From: Acutalibacteraceae bacterium
Lineage (GTDB): Bacteria; Bacillota; Clostridia; Oscillospirales; Acutalibacteraceae
Direction: 5' to 3'
Length of the DNA: 64,000 bases
Assembly: GCA_045125175.1 (NCBI GenBank)
Contig: JBGVNA010000056.1
Span: 11,339 to 75,338 of the forward strand
The notes below the pieces were generated by a model. It did no database searches and was not told the DNA's origin. It worked only from the letters and a program-made list of their open reading frames with translations. Position 1 is the first letter of the stretch; each line of letters begins with the position of its first letter. Shown here piece after piece: positions 9,275-18,489 of this stretch. A program made the position numbers and the translations under genes.

Positions 9275-11464
9275 TCAGTCTCTTCTCTGTCTGCCGCCTC
9301 TGTCGCCCTTAAAATCTCTTCTGGGCTTTCTGGGAGCATCTGAAACAGTGTTTTCGGGAACAAGGCCTTCAACCTCGATAAGTGCCTCACGGCGTGAGAA
9401 GTTGAGTCTGCCCTGGTCATCCTTGGGAAGAACTTTAACGATAACTTCGTCGCCAACGTTAACAGCATCTTCAACCTTTTCTGTTCTCTTAACGTCGAGC
9501 TGGCTGATGTGAACCATGCCTTCCTTGCCGGGAGCGATTTCAACGAATGCGCCGAAGCTCATGAGGCGGGTAACAACGCCCTTATAGATTGCGCCGACCT
9601 CGGGGTCGTTGGCAATTGTTTCAACAATGAAGATAGCTCTCTTTGCATCCTCGATATCTGTTGATGAAACGAAGATGTTGCCGTCTTCCTGAACATCAAT
9701 TTTGCAGTTGCATTCTGCGCAGATCTTCTGAATAACCTTGCCCTGCTTGCCGATAACATCGCCGATCTTTTCGGGGTCAATCTTTGTTGTGAGCATCTTG
9801 GGAGCCCACTTTGAAAGCTCTGCTCTGGGTTCGGAGATAACAGGAAGCATGATTTCGTCAAGAATATAGCATCTTGCTGTGTAAGTCTTGTCAAGAGCTT
9901 CTCTGATGATTGCGGGGGTAAGACCGTGAACCTTGAGGTCCATCTGGATTGATGTGATACCCTTCTTTGTACCTGCAACCTTGAAGTCCATATCGCCGAA
10001 GAAGTCTTCAAGACCCTGAATGTCAACCATTGTCATGAAGCGGTCGCCCTCTGTGATAAGGCCGCAGGAGATACCTGCAACGGGAGCCTTGATGGGAACG
10101 CCTGCTGCCATAAGTGAAAGTGTTGAACCGCAAACTGAGCCCTGTGATGTTGAGCCGTTTGATGAAAGAACTTCTGATACAACACGGATTGTGTAGGGGA
10201 ATTCTTCAACTGAGGGAAGAACGGGGATGAGCGAACGCTCTGCAAGTGCGCCGTGGCCGATTTCTCTTCTGCCGGGGCCTCTTGAGGGCTTTGTTTCGCC
10301 AACTGAATATGAGGGGAAGTTGTAGTGATGCATATATCTCTTTGATTCTTCCTCATCAAGGCCGTCAAGAAGCTGTGCATCGCTCATGGGGCCGAGAGTT
10401 GTGATTGAAAGAACTTGAGTCTGGCCTCTGGTGAACATACCTGAGCCGTGAACTCTGTCAAGAAGGTCAACCTCTGCGTTAAGAGGACGGATTTCGTTGA
10501 TGCCTCTGCCGTCAACACGCTTGCCGTCGTCAAGAAGCCAGCGGCGAACAACGTATTTCTGAACCTTGTAAAGGCATTCTTCAATCTTAACTTCCATTTC
10601 GGGATAGATTTCGTCGAACTTCTCGTGAACCTTATCGTAAACGGGCTTGAGGCGCTCGTCACGGATTCTCTTATCGTCTGTATCAAGAGCAAAGCGGATA
10701 TCTTCGATTGCAAAATCCTTGATTGCTTCGTACATTTCGGGGTCGGGATCGTTTGAGGGGAAGGAAACCTTCTCCTTGCCGCATTCTTCCTTAATCTTGT
10801 TGATGAACTCAACGATTCTCTGGTTTTCCTTGTGAGCGAACATGATGCCGTCATACATATCGTCGTTGGAAACTTCGTTTGCGCCTGCTTCAATCATTGC
10901 AACGAGGTCGCTTGTTGAAGCAACGGTAACGTACATATCGCTCTTTGCTCTTTCTTCAAGAGTGGGGTTGATAACGTATTTGCCGTCAACAAGGCCGACA
11001 ACAACGCCTGAAACGGGGCCTTCCCAGGGGATTTCTGAAATTGAAATTGCGATTGAAACGCCGAGCATAGCTGTGATTTCGGGCTGGCAGTCGGGGTCAA
11101 CTGACATAACTGTTGCAACAACGCCGACATCGTTTCTCATATCCTTGGGGAAAAGAGGTCTGATGGGTCTGTCGATAACACGTGAAGCAAGAGTTGCCTT
11201 TTCGCTTGCCTTGCCTTCGCGGCGCTGGAATGAGCCGGGAATTCTGCCTACTGAATAGAGCTTCTCTTCATAGTCAACCGAAAGGGGGAAGAAGTCAACA
11301 CCCTCTCTGGGCTTTGCAGCCATTGTAGCTGTGCAGAGCACGTTTGTTTCGCCGTAGCGAACAAGGCATGCGCCGCCTGCAAGCTGAGCCATTTTGCCTA
11401 CTTCAACAACAAAAGGTCTGCCTGCGATTTCTGTTTCGTACTTTTTGAAAGCTTCAAAAAACAT
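9275..11464 (-). CDS. pnp: Polyribonucleotide nucleotidyltransferase
   Basis: FFPLSVDYEEK, RREIGHGALA, SNGSTSQGS, DMDFKVAGT, KH and S1 domains. Confidence 0.98.
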   Translation of the reverse strand: MFFEAFKKYETEIAGRPFVVEVGKMAQLAGGACLVRYGETNVLCTATMAAKPREGVDFFPLSVDYEEKLYSVGRIPGSFQRREGKASEKATLASRVIDRPIRPLFPKDMRNDVGVVATVMSVDPDCQPEITAMLGVSIAISISEIPWEGPVSGVVVGLVDGKYVINPTLEERAKSDMYVTVASTSDLVAMIEAGANEVSNDDMYDGIMFAHKENQRIVEFINKIKEECGKEKVSFPSNDPDPEMYEAIKDFAIEDIRFALDTDDKRIRDERLKPVYDKVHEKFDEIYPEMEVKIEECLYKVQKYVVRRWLLDDGKRVDGRGINEIRPLNAEVDLLDRVHGSGMFTRGQTQVLSITTLGPMSDAQLLDGLDEEESKRYMHHYNFPSYSVGETKPSRGPGRREIGHGALAERSLIPVLPSVEEFPYTIRVVSEVLSSNGSTSQGSVCGSTLSLMAAGVPIKAPVAGISCGLITEGDRFMTMVDIQGLEDFFGDMDFKVAGTKKGITSIQMDLKVHGLTPAIIREALDKTYTARCYILDEIMLPVISEPRAELSKWAPKMLTTKIDPEKIGDVIGKQGKVIQKICAECNCKIDVQEDGNIFVSSTDIEDAKRAIFIVETIANDPEVGAIYKGVVTRLMSFGAFVEIAPGKEGMVHISQLDVKRTEKVEDAVNVGDEVIVKVLPKDDQGRLNFSRREALIEVEGLVPENTVSDAPRKPRRDFKGDRGGRQRRD

Positions 11465-11496
11465 TTTTCTACCTCTCTGTAAAATTTATATTTCCA

Positions 11497-11585
11497 CAGG
11501 CGGCAGGCTTGGGTTTAGCAATAAATCCAGAAACCGAAAATTCGGGCTCTCGATTTACCGCTAAAACCTGAAAATCAGCCGCCTG
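11497..11585 (-). promoter_or_regulatory. Long imperfect hairpin in the pnp 5' leader (candidate RNase III site)
   Basis: Nested pairings CAGGCGGC/GCCGCCTG, GGTTTAGC/GCTAAAACC and TAAATC/GATTTA. Confidence 0.55.
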
Positions 11586-11651
11586 AAAGATGCGCTTTAG
11601 GGCTGTAGCGAGTTAACGTTTTAACAGGTTAACCCGCCGTAATAACGACAC

Positions 11652-11685
11652 AAAGCAGGCAAGATGTTTTGTTCCTGCCTGCTTT
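11652..11685 (-). terminator. Terminator-like hairpin after rpsO
   Basis: AAAGCAGGCA / TGCCTGCTTT. Confidence 0.65.
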
Positions 11686-11694
11686 ATTGACAAA

Positions 11695-11958
11695 TTATTT
11701 ACGGATGCCGAGTCTTGCAATGATTGAACGGTAACGCTCAATGTCAACCTTCTGAAGATATGCAAGAAGGTTTCTTCTGTGACCAACCATCATAAGAAGG
11801 CCTCTTCTTGAGTGATGGTCCTTCTTGTGAACCTTAAGATGCTCGGTAAGGTCGTTGATTCTCTTTGTGAGAACAGCGATCTGAACTTCGGGTGAACCTG
11901 TGTCACCCTCGTGGAGAGCATATTCCTGCATGATTGCGGTCTTTTCTGCCTGTGTCAT
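11695..11958 (-). CDS. rpsO: 30S ribosomal protein S15
   Basis: [21 protein letters not shown]. Confidence 0.98.
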   Translation of the reverse strand: MTQAEKTAIMQEYALHEGDTGSPEVQIAVLTKRINDLTEHLKVHKKDHHSRRGLLMMVGHRRNLLAYLQKVDIERYRSIIARLGIRK

Positions 11959-11964
11959 TGTTTT

Positions 11965-12092
11965 TTCACCTCATTTTAATATTTGCCTCAGCCCCCAGAA
12001 TGCGGCAGGTGAATACCTCGTTGAGGTTTACTCCGCAACCCGAGAAGCGGGCATGCAACAGGGATTATAACATAAAGAAATTCAAAAGTAAA
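11965..12092 (-). promoter_or_regulatory. rpsO promoter and structured S15-type autoregulatory leader
   Basis: TTTACT-17-TATAAT (12092-12064), then a ~100-nt GC-rich leader able to pair; position matches known Firmicutes S15 leaders. Confidence 0.6.
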
Positions 12093-12115
12093 GACTTTTT
12101 TAAAAATTATTTCTT

Positions 12116-12335
12116 ATGCCCATTTCCGTCTGCTTTGCATAGAATGGACTGAAAGCTTTTGCTTTCGGTTTTGCGTTAATAAAGGCAGGAGAAACATTTA
12201 TATTATGTTCGGCTTTTGCCTGTTTATTAACCGCTAAAACAAGGCGGCTGCCGTCAACGGTGGCATTTATTGCCCTTGGGGAGCCGGGCAGACACATGGC
12301 GGCCGCCATAATATATTTCTGCGGAATGGGATCAT
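12116..12335. other. Multi-hairpin intergenic element (ncRNA- or MITE-like)
   Basis: Terminal CCCATTTCCG / CGGAATGGG pairing encloses at least three internal stems. Confidence 0.45.
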
Positions 12336-12985
12336 ATCACATAAATGTAGATAACTGCGAACTGAACAAAGCTTGCAAGCAACACGAAAATGTGAAAAAC
12401 AACATGCAGCCACGGACGTTTTATTCCCAATCCGCAGAAAGCTGCGCCGATGAGATAAAAAATGTTGCCAAGCACCAATCCGCCGAACGCATTCGGATTA
12501 ATCTGCCCAAGCAGAGGAATTGCGCTGCAAATCATAACAACGCATGAAGCTATGTAGACCGCAACGGTTATTTTGCGAGCCTTTTCAAAAAAGAAGAGCT
12601 TTGAAATTATTCCGAAAAGCGTGCATCCCCATGCAAGGAAAAAAACAAGCAGGCTGTGCGGCATGCTTATCTCATAAAGCGTGATAAGTGCGCAGGGCGT
12701 GGCGGTGCCCGCAATGAGCACGGGAACGGTTGAATGGTCAATCAGCCTCGCTTTGCGCTTTGCTTCGCCGTTTTTCAAGCCGTGATATACCGCCGAAACC
12801 GTGTAAACCGCAATCAGCGCAATGCCGTAGATAACGGCGGAGGCGGTGTGCCTTGCGCCCTCGGCTTTCATAATCATAAGGATAAGAGCGGCAATTCCGC
12901 CGATTGCACCCGCAGCGTGGGTTATGCAGTTGCCGAAATCCACCTTTTTTGAATATTCGATCAGTTTAACGTCTTTTGCAATCAT
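12332..12985 (-). CDS. Hemolysin III / PAQR family membrane protein
   Basis: NCITHAAG, SAVYHG, DHSTVPVLIAGTATP and HVVFHIFV motifs; ATG at 12985 with GGAG RBS. Confidence 0.88.
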   Translation of the reverse strand: MIAKDVKLIEYSKKVDFGNCITHAAGAIGGIAALILMIMKAEGARHTASAVIYGIALIAVYTVSAVYHGLKNGEAKRKARLIDHSTVPVLIAGTATPCALITLYEISMPHSLLVFFLAWGCTLFGIISKLFFFEKARKITVAVYIASCVVMICSAIPLLGQINPNAFGGLVLGNIFYLIGAAFCGLGIKRPWLHVVFHIFVLLASFVQFAVIYIYVI

Positions 12986-13124
12986 ATTTTTCTCCAATAA
13001 AACGGTATGATTTAAGTATAATTCATTCTCCGTATTTTTCAAGGCAAAATTATTGGAATTAACATAATTTTGTTGACACGGTTTTGATTTGGGAGTATTC
13101 TTTAATAAACAGGAGGAAGAAACC

Positions 13125-13934
13125 ATGTCTGATTTATACAGCTCAATCTGCATCTCGTCGGTGAAGGCATCGGCACTTAAAGCCGCAGGTATTGAGATAC
13201 CCGAAAATATTGAGAATCCAAACCCCGTCATAACCGCTCTTGCCGAAAAAAAGCTTGGCTCAAAGCCCGTTGACAGGGTGGTTATGTATAACCCCGATGC
13301 GGTTGCGCTCTGGGTCTATCAGAAATACACCGATATGTTCACCAAAGCAGCTCTCTGCTCTGATATTGCTCTGCCCATGCTCTCCGTTATGCCCAGCGTA
13401 ACTCCCGTTTGCTTTGCTTCCATGTACAGCGGAGTTATGCCCGATGTTCACGGAATAAAGAGATATGAAAAACCCGTGCTGACCGTCAACACGATTTTTG
13501 ACAGCTACATAAAAGCGGGCAAAAAGGCGGCTGTCGTTTCAACGGCAAGGGACAGCATTTCGATGATTTTCCTTGAGCGTGAAATGGAATATTTCATTTA
13601 CGATACTCCCGAGGAAGTCAACGCAAAGGCTCTGGAGCTTATTGATGAGGACAGATTTGACCTTATCGTTATCTATAACGGCAACTATGACTCAACGATG
13701 CATAAAAAAGGCCCCGAAGCTCCCGAATCGCTTGCAGCCTTGAAGATGAACATTGATTTCTACGCCGAGCTTGTTGAAAAAATCAACAGTCAATGGAAAA
13801 ACCACGATGTATTCTACGGCTTCTGCCCCGACCACGGCTGCCATGAAATCGACGGAGAATGCGGCTCTCACGGCCTTGATATGGAAGAGGATATGAACGT
13901 TATCCACTTCTACGGCATCAAAGCGGCGGAATAA
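13125..13934 (+). CDS. Alkaline phosphatase superfamily (NPP/phosphodiesterase-like) protein
   Basis: PSVTPVCFASMYSG, DSTMHKKGP and DHG motifs; AGGAGG RBS. Confidence 0.75.
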   Translation: MSDLYSSICISSVKASALKAAGIEIPENIENPNPVITALAEKKLGSKPVDRVVMYNPDAVALWVYQKYTDMFTKAALCSDIALPMLSVMPSVTPVCFASMYSGVMPDVHGIKRYEKPVLTVNTIFDSYIKAGKKAAVVSTARDSISMIFLEREMEYFIYDTPEEVNAKALELIDEDRFDLIVIYNGNYDSTMHKKGPEAPESLAALKMNIDFYAELVEKINSQWKNHDVFYGFCPDHGCHEIDGECGSHGLDMEEDMNVIHFYGIKAAE

Positions 13935-13950
13935 TGTGTGAGGTAAAGAT

Positions 13951-15228
13951 ATGGATATAAAAGCAATTGTTCGCAACTACTATAATTTGTTCAAAAAGAA
14001 ATTTCAGGGCTGGATTGCGCCGAGAAGACGTGATTTTCTCTATCATAAATATTGGCCCTATTTATATAAAAAGTATTCACGCAGACCGATTGACGAAAAA
14101 AAGGTTGTGCTTGCATATTCAAATGTATATAAGCAGATGCCCGATAATCTCTGCACCGTCAGGGAATATCTTGAGGCGAGGGGATATAACTGCGTTGTTA
14201 TCGATAAATCCGAGGGCGCAAAAAGAAGCGATAACTGGTTAATCAACGAAATTTCAAAGTGCTTTTACGGCAAGGAATTCTTTGAGGCATATGCCGATGC
14301 AAAGGCTCTGTTTTTAACCGATTATTTCTTCCCTGCCTATGCCTGCAAGCCCCGTGAGGGTCAGAGCGTTGTTCAGCTCTGGCATGGCTGCGGTGCTTTC
14401 AAAAAGTGGGGATATTCCACCGCCGAAAAGAAGTGGGGCGCAAGCAAAAAAGATCTCGATAAATACCCCATTCATAATACATATACTCACATCTGCGTTT
14501 CATCGCCCAAGGTAAGCTTTGCGTATGCCGAGGCATTCGGCTGCGGCGAAGAAAATATTTTCCCCATGGGTGCGCCGAGAACCGATGTTTATTTTGACAA
14601 AGCTTTTGTTGCATCCTGCCGTGAAAAGCTTCTTGAAAAGTTCCCGGCAATCGGCAATCGCAAAATAGTTCTCTATGCGCCCACATTCCGAGGCAACAAC
14701 ATCAATAAATCCTATATGAAGAATATGCTTGATGTTGATAAGCTGCAGCAGCTGCTGGGCGGGGATTATGCTCTTGTTATCAATCAGCATCCGCTGACCG
14801 CAAAGGCATTCAGAATAAGCGGAAAAGACGATTTTGTTTTTGACGCAACAACGGGCGTTGCCATTGAAACCGCGCTCTGCGCCGCAGATATCGTCATAAC
14901 CGATTATTCATCGCTGATTTTTGAATATGCGCTGCTCGAAAGACCCATGATTTTCTTTGCGTATGACCTTGAAAATTATGAGAATGACCGTAGCTTTTAT
15001 TTTGATTATGAAACCTTTGTGCCCGGCGAAATCGTGACGGATACCGATGCGATTATTGCCGAAATCAAACGCCTTGAAACGGATTTTGATATTGAAAAAG
15101 TCCGCAAATTCAGAGATGATTTCATGTGCGCCTGTGACGGCATGTCAACCGAGAGAATCGTCAATGCCGCTCTGGGCATCAAAACCGTTGATTTTGTTAC
15201 AGAAAAAGAAACAGTATCAGCTAAATAA
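13951..15228 (+). CDS. CDP-glycerol glycerophosphotransferase (TagB/TagF family)
   Basis: QLWHG, GAPRTD, LYAPTFRG and ITDYSSL motifs. Confidence 0.9.
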   Translation: MDIKAIVRNYYNLFKKKFQGWIAPRRRDFLYHKYWPYLYKKYSRRPIDEKKVVLAYSNVYKQMPDNLCTVREYLEARGYNCVVIDKSEGAKRSDNWLINEISKCFYGKEFFEAYADAKALFLTDYFFPAYACKPREGQSVVQLWHGCGAFKKWGYSTAEKKWGASKKDLDKYPIHNTYTHICVSSPKVSFAYAEAFGCGEENIFPMGAPRTDVYFDKAFVASCREKLLEKFPAIGNRKIVLYAPTFRGNNINKSYMKNMLDVDKLQQLLGGDYALVINQHPLTAKAFRISGKDDFVFDATTGVAIETALCAADIVITDYSSLIFEYALLERPMIFFAYDLENYENDRSFYFDYETFVPGEIVTDTDAIIAEIKRLETDFDIEKVRKFRDDFMCACDGMSTERIVNAALGIKTVDFVTEKETVSAK

Positions 15229-15230
15229 TC

Positions 15231-15264
15231 AAAAGGATGTGCTTCGATTGAAGCACATCCTTTT
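15231..15264. terminator. Bidirectional terminator
   Basis: AAAAGGATGTGCTTC / GAAGCACATCCTTTT. Confidence 0.8.
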
Positions 15265-17558
15265 TATATCTCTTCCGCAACGGCGGTTATAACGGTCATG
15301 TCGTCAAATTTTTCGCCGCAGCGGCGGCGAGCGGAATCAAGAATCGTTTCCGAAAATCCGCTTGCATCTGCACCGCCCGAAAAGGATTTGATTTCATCCT
15401 TTATCCAGTTGCTGCCGCAGCCCAAAATGCCGTCGCTGACCATAACGAGAGTATCGCCGCCCCTCATTTTAAGGCTGTAGCGGCTGAACTTTACCCTGCT
15501 GAGAATTCCGAGCGGAGTTGACGGAATTTCAACCGCTCTTACTTTGCCCGAAAAGGTGTAGAAAGAGGGCGCAGCCCCCGCCTTGAGAATAACCGTGCTG
15601 CCGTCGAAAAGGTCAATTTCCGCAACGTCGAGGGTGGAGAGCGATTCATCCTCGGATTTAACCGAAAGAGCGGAGTTTGTTATGCTCAAAGCGGAGTCAA
15701 GGCTTAAGCCCGCTCTTATGAGCCGTGAAAAAAGCTCAACCGTCATGGTTGAATCAATAGCCGCTCTGCCGCCCGTGCCCATGCCGTCGCTGAGGATGAT
15801 ATATGCCTTGGAATCTGTTTGAAAGCATTCAAAATAATCTCCGCAAAGCCGCTGATTTCCGCAGCTTGCCGCCGCAGACCCCATGCGGATTTTAAACAGC
15901 TCCCTGCGCAGAAAAACAAGCTCCCTGCCGTTTTGCAATTCTCTTATTTGCGGCGGATTGAGCTGCACCTCAAGCTCCGCCGAAAGGGCGGCTGTCAGCT
16001 GTGTCAGGCTTGTTGACGGCGGAATTTCATCAACGGTGCAGGTAAGGCGCAATGCGCCCGAAAGGGGCTGAATGCAGCTTGTGCTCTGCACCTCAAAGCC
16101 GTATTCGGAAAGCACTCTTGCCGCGCTTTTTTCCTTATTGAAAAGGGTTTGTGCGCCTCTGCTCAAATCCTCCGAAAGCTCACGCAGCAGGCTTGCCGTC
16201 CAGTCAAACTGACCGCAGGCAAGCTCCCTGTTTCTTGCGGAATTTGCCTGCAGTGCGCTCACGGCGTTGCGGCTTGCGTAAATTCTGTTGAAGCAGTCTG
16301 CGAGTCTCGGCACGCTCGGACATTTAGAGTTGAAATTTGCCGAAAAATCCTTCGCACCCACTGTTTCGCCCTGCGAAAGCTTTTCAAGAATTGCGGCAAA
16401 TTCGCCGTCCTCGGGGCAGAAGGTGTCTTTGAGCTGACACTGTGAACAAACCCTCTCCCGTACCCTCATGCAGACCATAATATCATTTGCGGGCGAAAGG
16501 GCTTCAATCCCTTTTGAAACGTTGGAAACGCATTCCGAAACTGAGCCGATTGCTCTTGATGCTTCAAGAAGCCGTTCGCCTGCAGAGCCGAATTCCGATT
16601 CGATTCGGCGCACCTTGGGGTTAAGGATATTGCTTCTCACCCTTGACAGCTTCGATTTCGGTATCGCTGCAAAAATAAATGAAGCGGCGGCAGCCTCCGC
16701 AAAAACGGATACACCCTCCTGAGAGCCGTCTATCAGAGATGCGATGCCTGCCGTTAATGTGAAAACAAGCGCACAGATTATCTGACCGAATTTTGAAAAA
16801 ATGCCCGAAAGCAGGCCGCAGATTCCGTAGCAGATGCTCAGCGCAACGCTTGTGCCCGAAACGGCAATGCAGCCGCCGACGGCAATGCCTGCAATGCTTC
16901 CGCCCGAGCGGCTGAAAAGATATGAGGCGGTCAGAATAACAAAGCATCCGAAAAATCTTGCGGGGCGAAAGCCCATAAGGCTCAGCTCAGATGCGCCCAG
17001 AAGAAGCGTGCAAAGGCTTGCAACGATGCAGACGAGGCTGTGGTTATCAAGCATATAAGGGCTGCGCTTTTTCTTTATGCAGTCAACCGTTCCCGAATAA
17101 AAAGTTACCGATGCCGCGCATAAAAGGCTTGAGCAGATAACAAGAATAAAAACGGAGGGCGACGGAATTTCCGAAAACATAACAGCCGTTCCGCACACAA
17201 AGCAGAATGCGAAAACGCTGATTGAAAGAATAAGCCTGCGTTTTCTTTTTATGCCCAGCTTATCGAGCATAAGCACGGTTGCCGCCGTGCCTGCAAGCGG
17301 AATAATCGCATTCAGCAGCTCGCCGCCGCCGAGGCGCAGAATTCCGCCGAGAACACCCCCCGCAACAACGCAGACAAGCTCGATGCCGGAGCATGCCGCC
17401 GCAAGCCCGATGCTCAGCGGAGCTTTAACCGAGAGAAGCCCTGCGCCCGACAGAATAAAGCTGCCCATGAAATAAAGAACGCAGGTGAGTATTTTCAGCC
17501 CCCATTCCCACAGAATATCCGCAACATCGCCGTCACGCACGGCTTTTGATTTTTCCAT
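15264..17558 (-). CDS. spoIIE: Stage II sporulation protein E (PP2C phosphatase)
   Basis: N-terminal multi-TM region, Cys cluster, C-terminal PP2C motifs CGD, LSDGMGTG, VSDG, DDMTV. Confidence 0.85.
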   Translation of the reverse strand: MEKSKAVRDGDVADILWEWGLKILTCVLYFMGSFILSGAGLLSVKAPLSIGLAAACSGIELVCVVAGGVLGGILRLGGGELLNAIIPLAGTAATVLMLDKLGIKRKRRLILSISVFAFCFVCGTAVMFSEIPSPSVFILVICSSLLCAASVTFYSGTVDCIKKKRSPYMLDNHSLVCIVASLCTLLLGASELSLMGFRPARFFGCFVILTASYLFSRSGGSIAGIAVGGCIAVSGTSVALSICYGICGLLSGIFSKFGQIICALVFTLTAGIASLIDGSQEGVSVFAEAAAASFIFAAIPKSKLSRVRSNILNPKVRRIESEFGSAGERLLEASRAIGSVSECVSNVSKGIEALSPANDIMVCMRVRERVCSQCQLKDTFCPEDGEFAAILEKLSQGETVGAKDFSANFNSKCPSVPRLADCFNRIYASRNAVSALQANSARNRELACGQFDWTASLLRELSEDLSRGAQTLFNKEKSAARVLSEYGFEVQSTSCIQPLSGALRLTCTVDEIPPSTSLTQLTAALSAELEVQLNPPQIRELQNGRELVFLRRELFKIRMGSAAASCGNQRLCGDYFECFQTDSKAYIILSDGMGTGGRAAIDSTMTVELFSRLIRAGLSLDSALSITNSALSVKSEDESLSTLDVAEIDLFDGSTVILKAGAAPSFYTFSGKVRAVEIPSTPLGILSRVKFSRYSLKMRGGDTLVMVSDGILGCGSNWIKDEIKSFSGGADASGFSETILDSARRRCGEKFDDMTVITAVAEEI

Positions 17559-17745
17559 ATTTTTTTATTCCTTTCTTTTGATATCTTCATTCTACACACC
17601 GCAATTGTTAAAAACTGTCATTTGTTGAACGGAATTCAAAAAATTCTGCAGGATTTTTTTGTAAAAATTATATTTTTACTGTTCTTTTTTGAAAATATAT
17701 GATATAATAAACTGATTATAGTTGAAAATAGGAGGAGTCTGCTTT

Positions 17746-18489
17746 ATGGAAATGCAAAATGAACGGCAGGGTCTTATTATCGGCCGCAACGCCGTTGCCG
17801 AGGCGCTTAAGAGCGGCAGAGCCATCGACTGCCTGCTGGTCGCCAAGGGTGAAAGGGGCGGCTCCGTCGGCAAAATCATCGGTCAGTGCCGTGACAAGGG
17901 CATTGTTGTTAAAGAAACAGATAAAAGAAAGCTCGATAAAATCTGCGAGGGCGAAAACCATCAGGGCGTTGCCGCGTGGGCGGCGGTGCATGAATATTCG
18001 TCAATCGAGGATATTCTTGCGAATGCCGAAAGCAAGGGCGAAGAGCCTTTTGTTATAATCTGCGATGAAATCGAGGACCCGCATAATCTCGGCGCAATAA
18101 TCAGAACAGCCGATGCCTGCGGTGCCCACGGAATCATCATTCCAAAGAGAAGAGGCGTTGCTCTGACCTACGCCGTCGGCAAGGTTTCGGCGGGTGCGGT
18201 TGAATATGTTCCCGTTGCAAGGGTTTCAAATCTTCCCTCGGCAATCGAGGAGCTTAAGGAAAAGGGCTTCTGGGTATACGGTGCGGATATGGACGGCAAG
18301 CGATGGGATGAGCAGGATTATTCGGGCAGGGTTGCGCTGATAGTCGGCTCTGAGGGCAAGGGCATCAGCCGCCTTGTCAGAGAAAAATGCGATTTTATCG
18401 TGTCGCTTCCCATGAAAGGAAAAATCAACTCTCTCAATGCCTCCGTGGCGGCGGGAATTTTAATGTATGAAATAGCAAAACATAGGTAG
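17746..18489 (+). CDS. rlmB: 23S rRNA Gm2251 2'-O-methyltransferase
   Basis: GRNAVAEAL, HQGV, DPHNLGAIIR, GSEGKG and SLNASVA motifs. Confidence 0.92.
   Translation: MEMQNERQGLIIGRNAVAEALKSGRAIDCLLVAKGERGGSVGKIIGQCRDKGIVVKETDKRKLDKICEGENHQGVAAWAAVHEYSSIEDILANAESKGEEPFVIICDEIEDPHNLGAIIRTADACGAHGIIIPKRRGVALTYAVGKVSAGAVEYVPVARVSNLPSAIEELKEKGFWVYGADMDGKRWDEQDYSGRVALIVGSEGKGISRLVREKCDFIVSLPMKGKINSLNASVAAGILMYEIAKHR

Noticed and set aside
6414-11544. Identical 15-mer GAAACCGAAAATTCG in the secA terminator (6414-6428) and the pnp leader hairpin (11530-11544)
   Set aside because: A few 15-nt matches are expected by chance in 64 kb, and the flanks do not match
12100-12547. Short ORFs 12100-12309 (-) and 12260-12547 (+)
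   Set aside because: No convincing RBS or motif; they overlap the structured element or lie antisense to the hemolysin III gene
12986-13231. Apparent overlap of the divergent hemolysin III and phosphodiesterase ORFs
   Set aside because: Artefact of longest-ORF calling; RBS-supported starts at 12985 and 13125 remove the overlap
17595-17635. Possible Spo0A boxes upstream of spoIIE
   Set aside because: Only mismatched matches (e.g. TGTTGAA) to TGNCGAA in AT-rich DNA; plausible but not supportable
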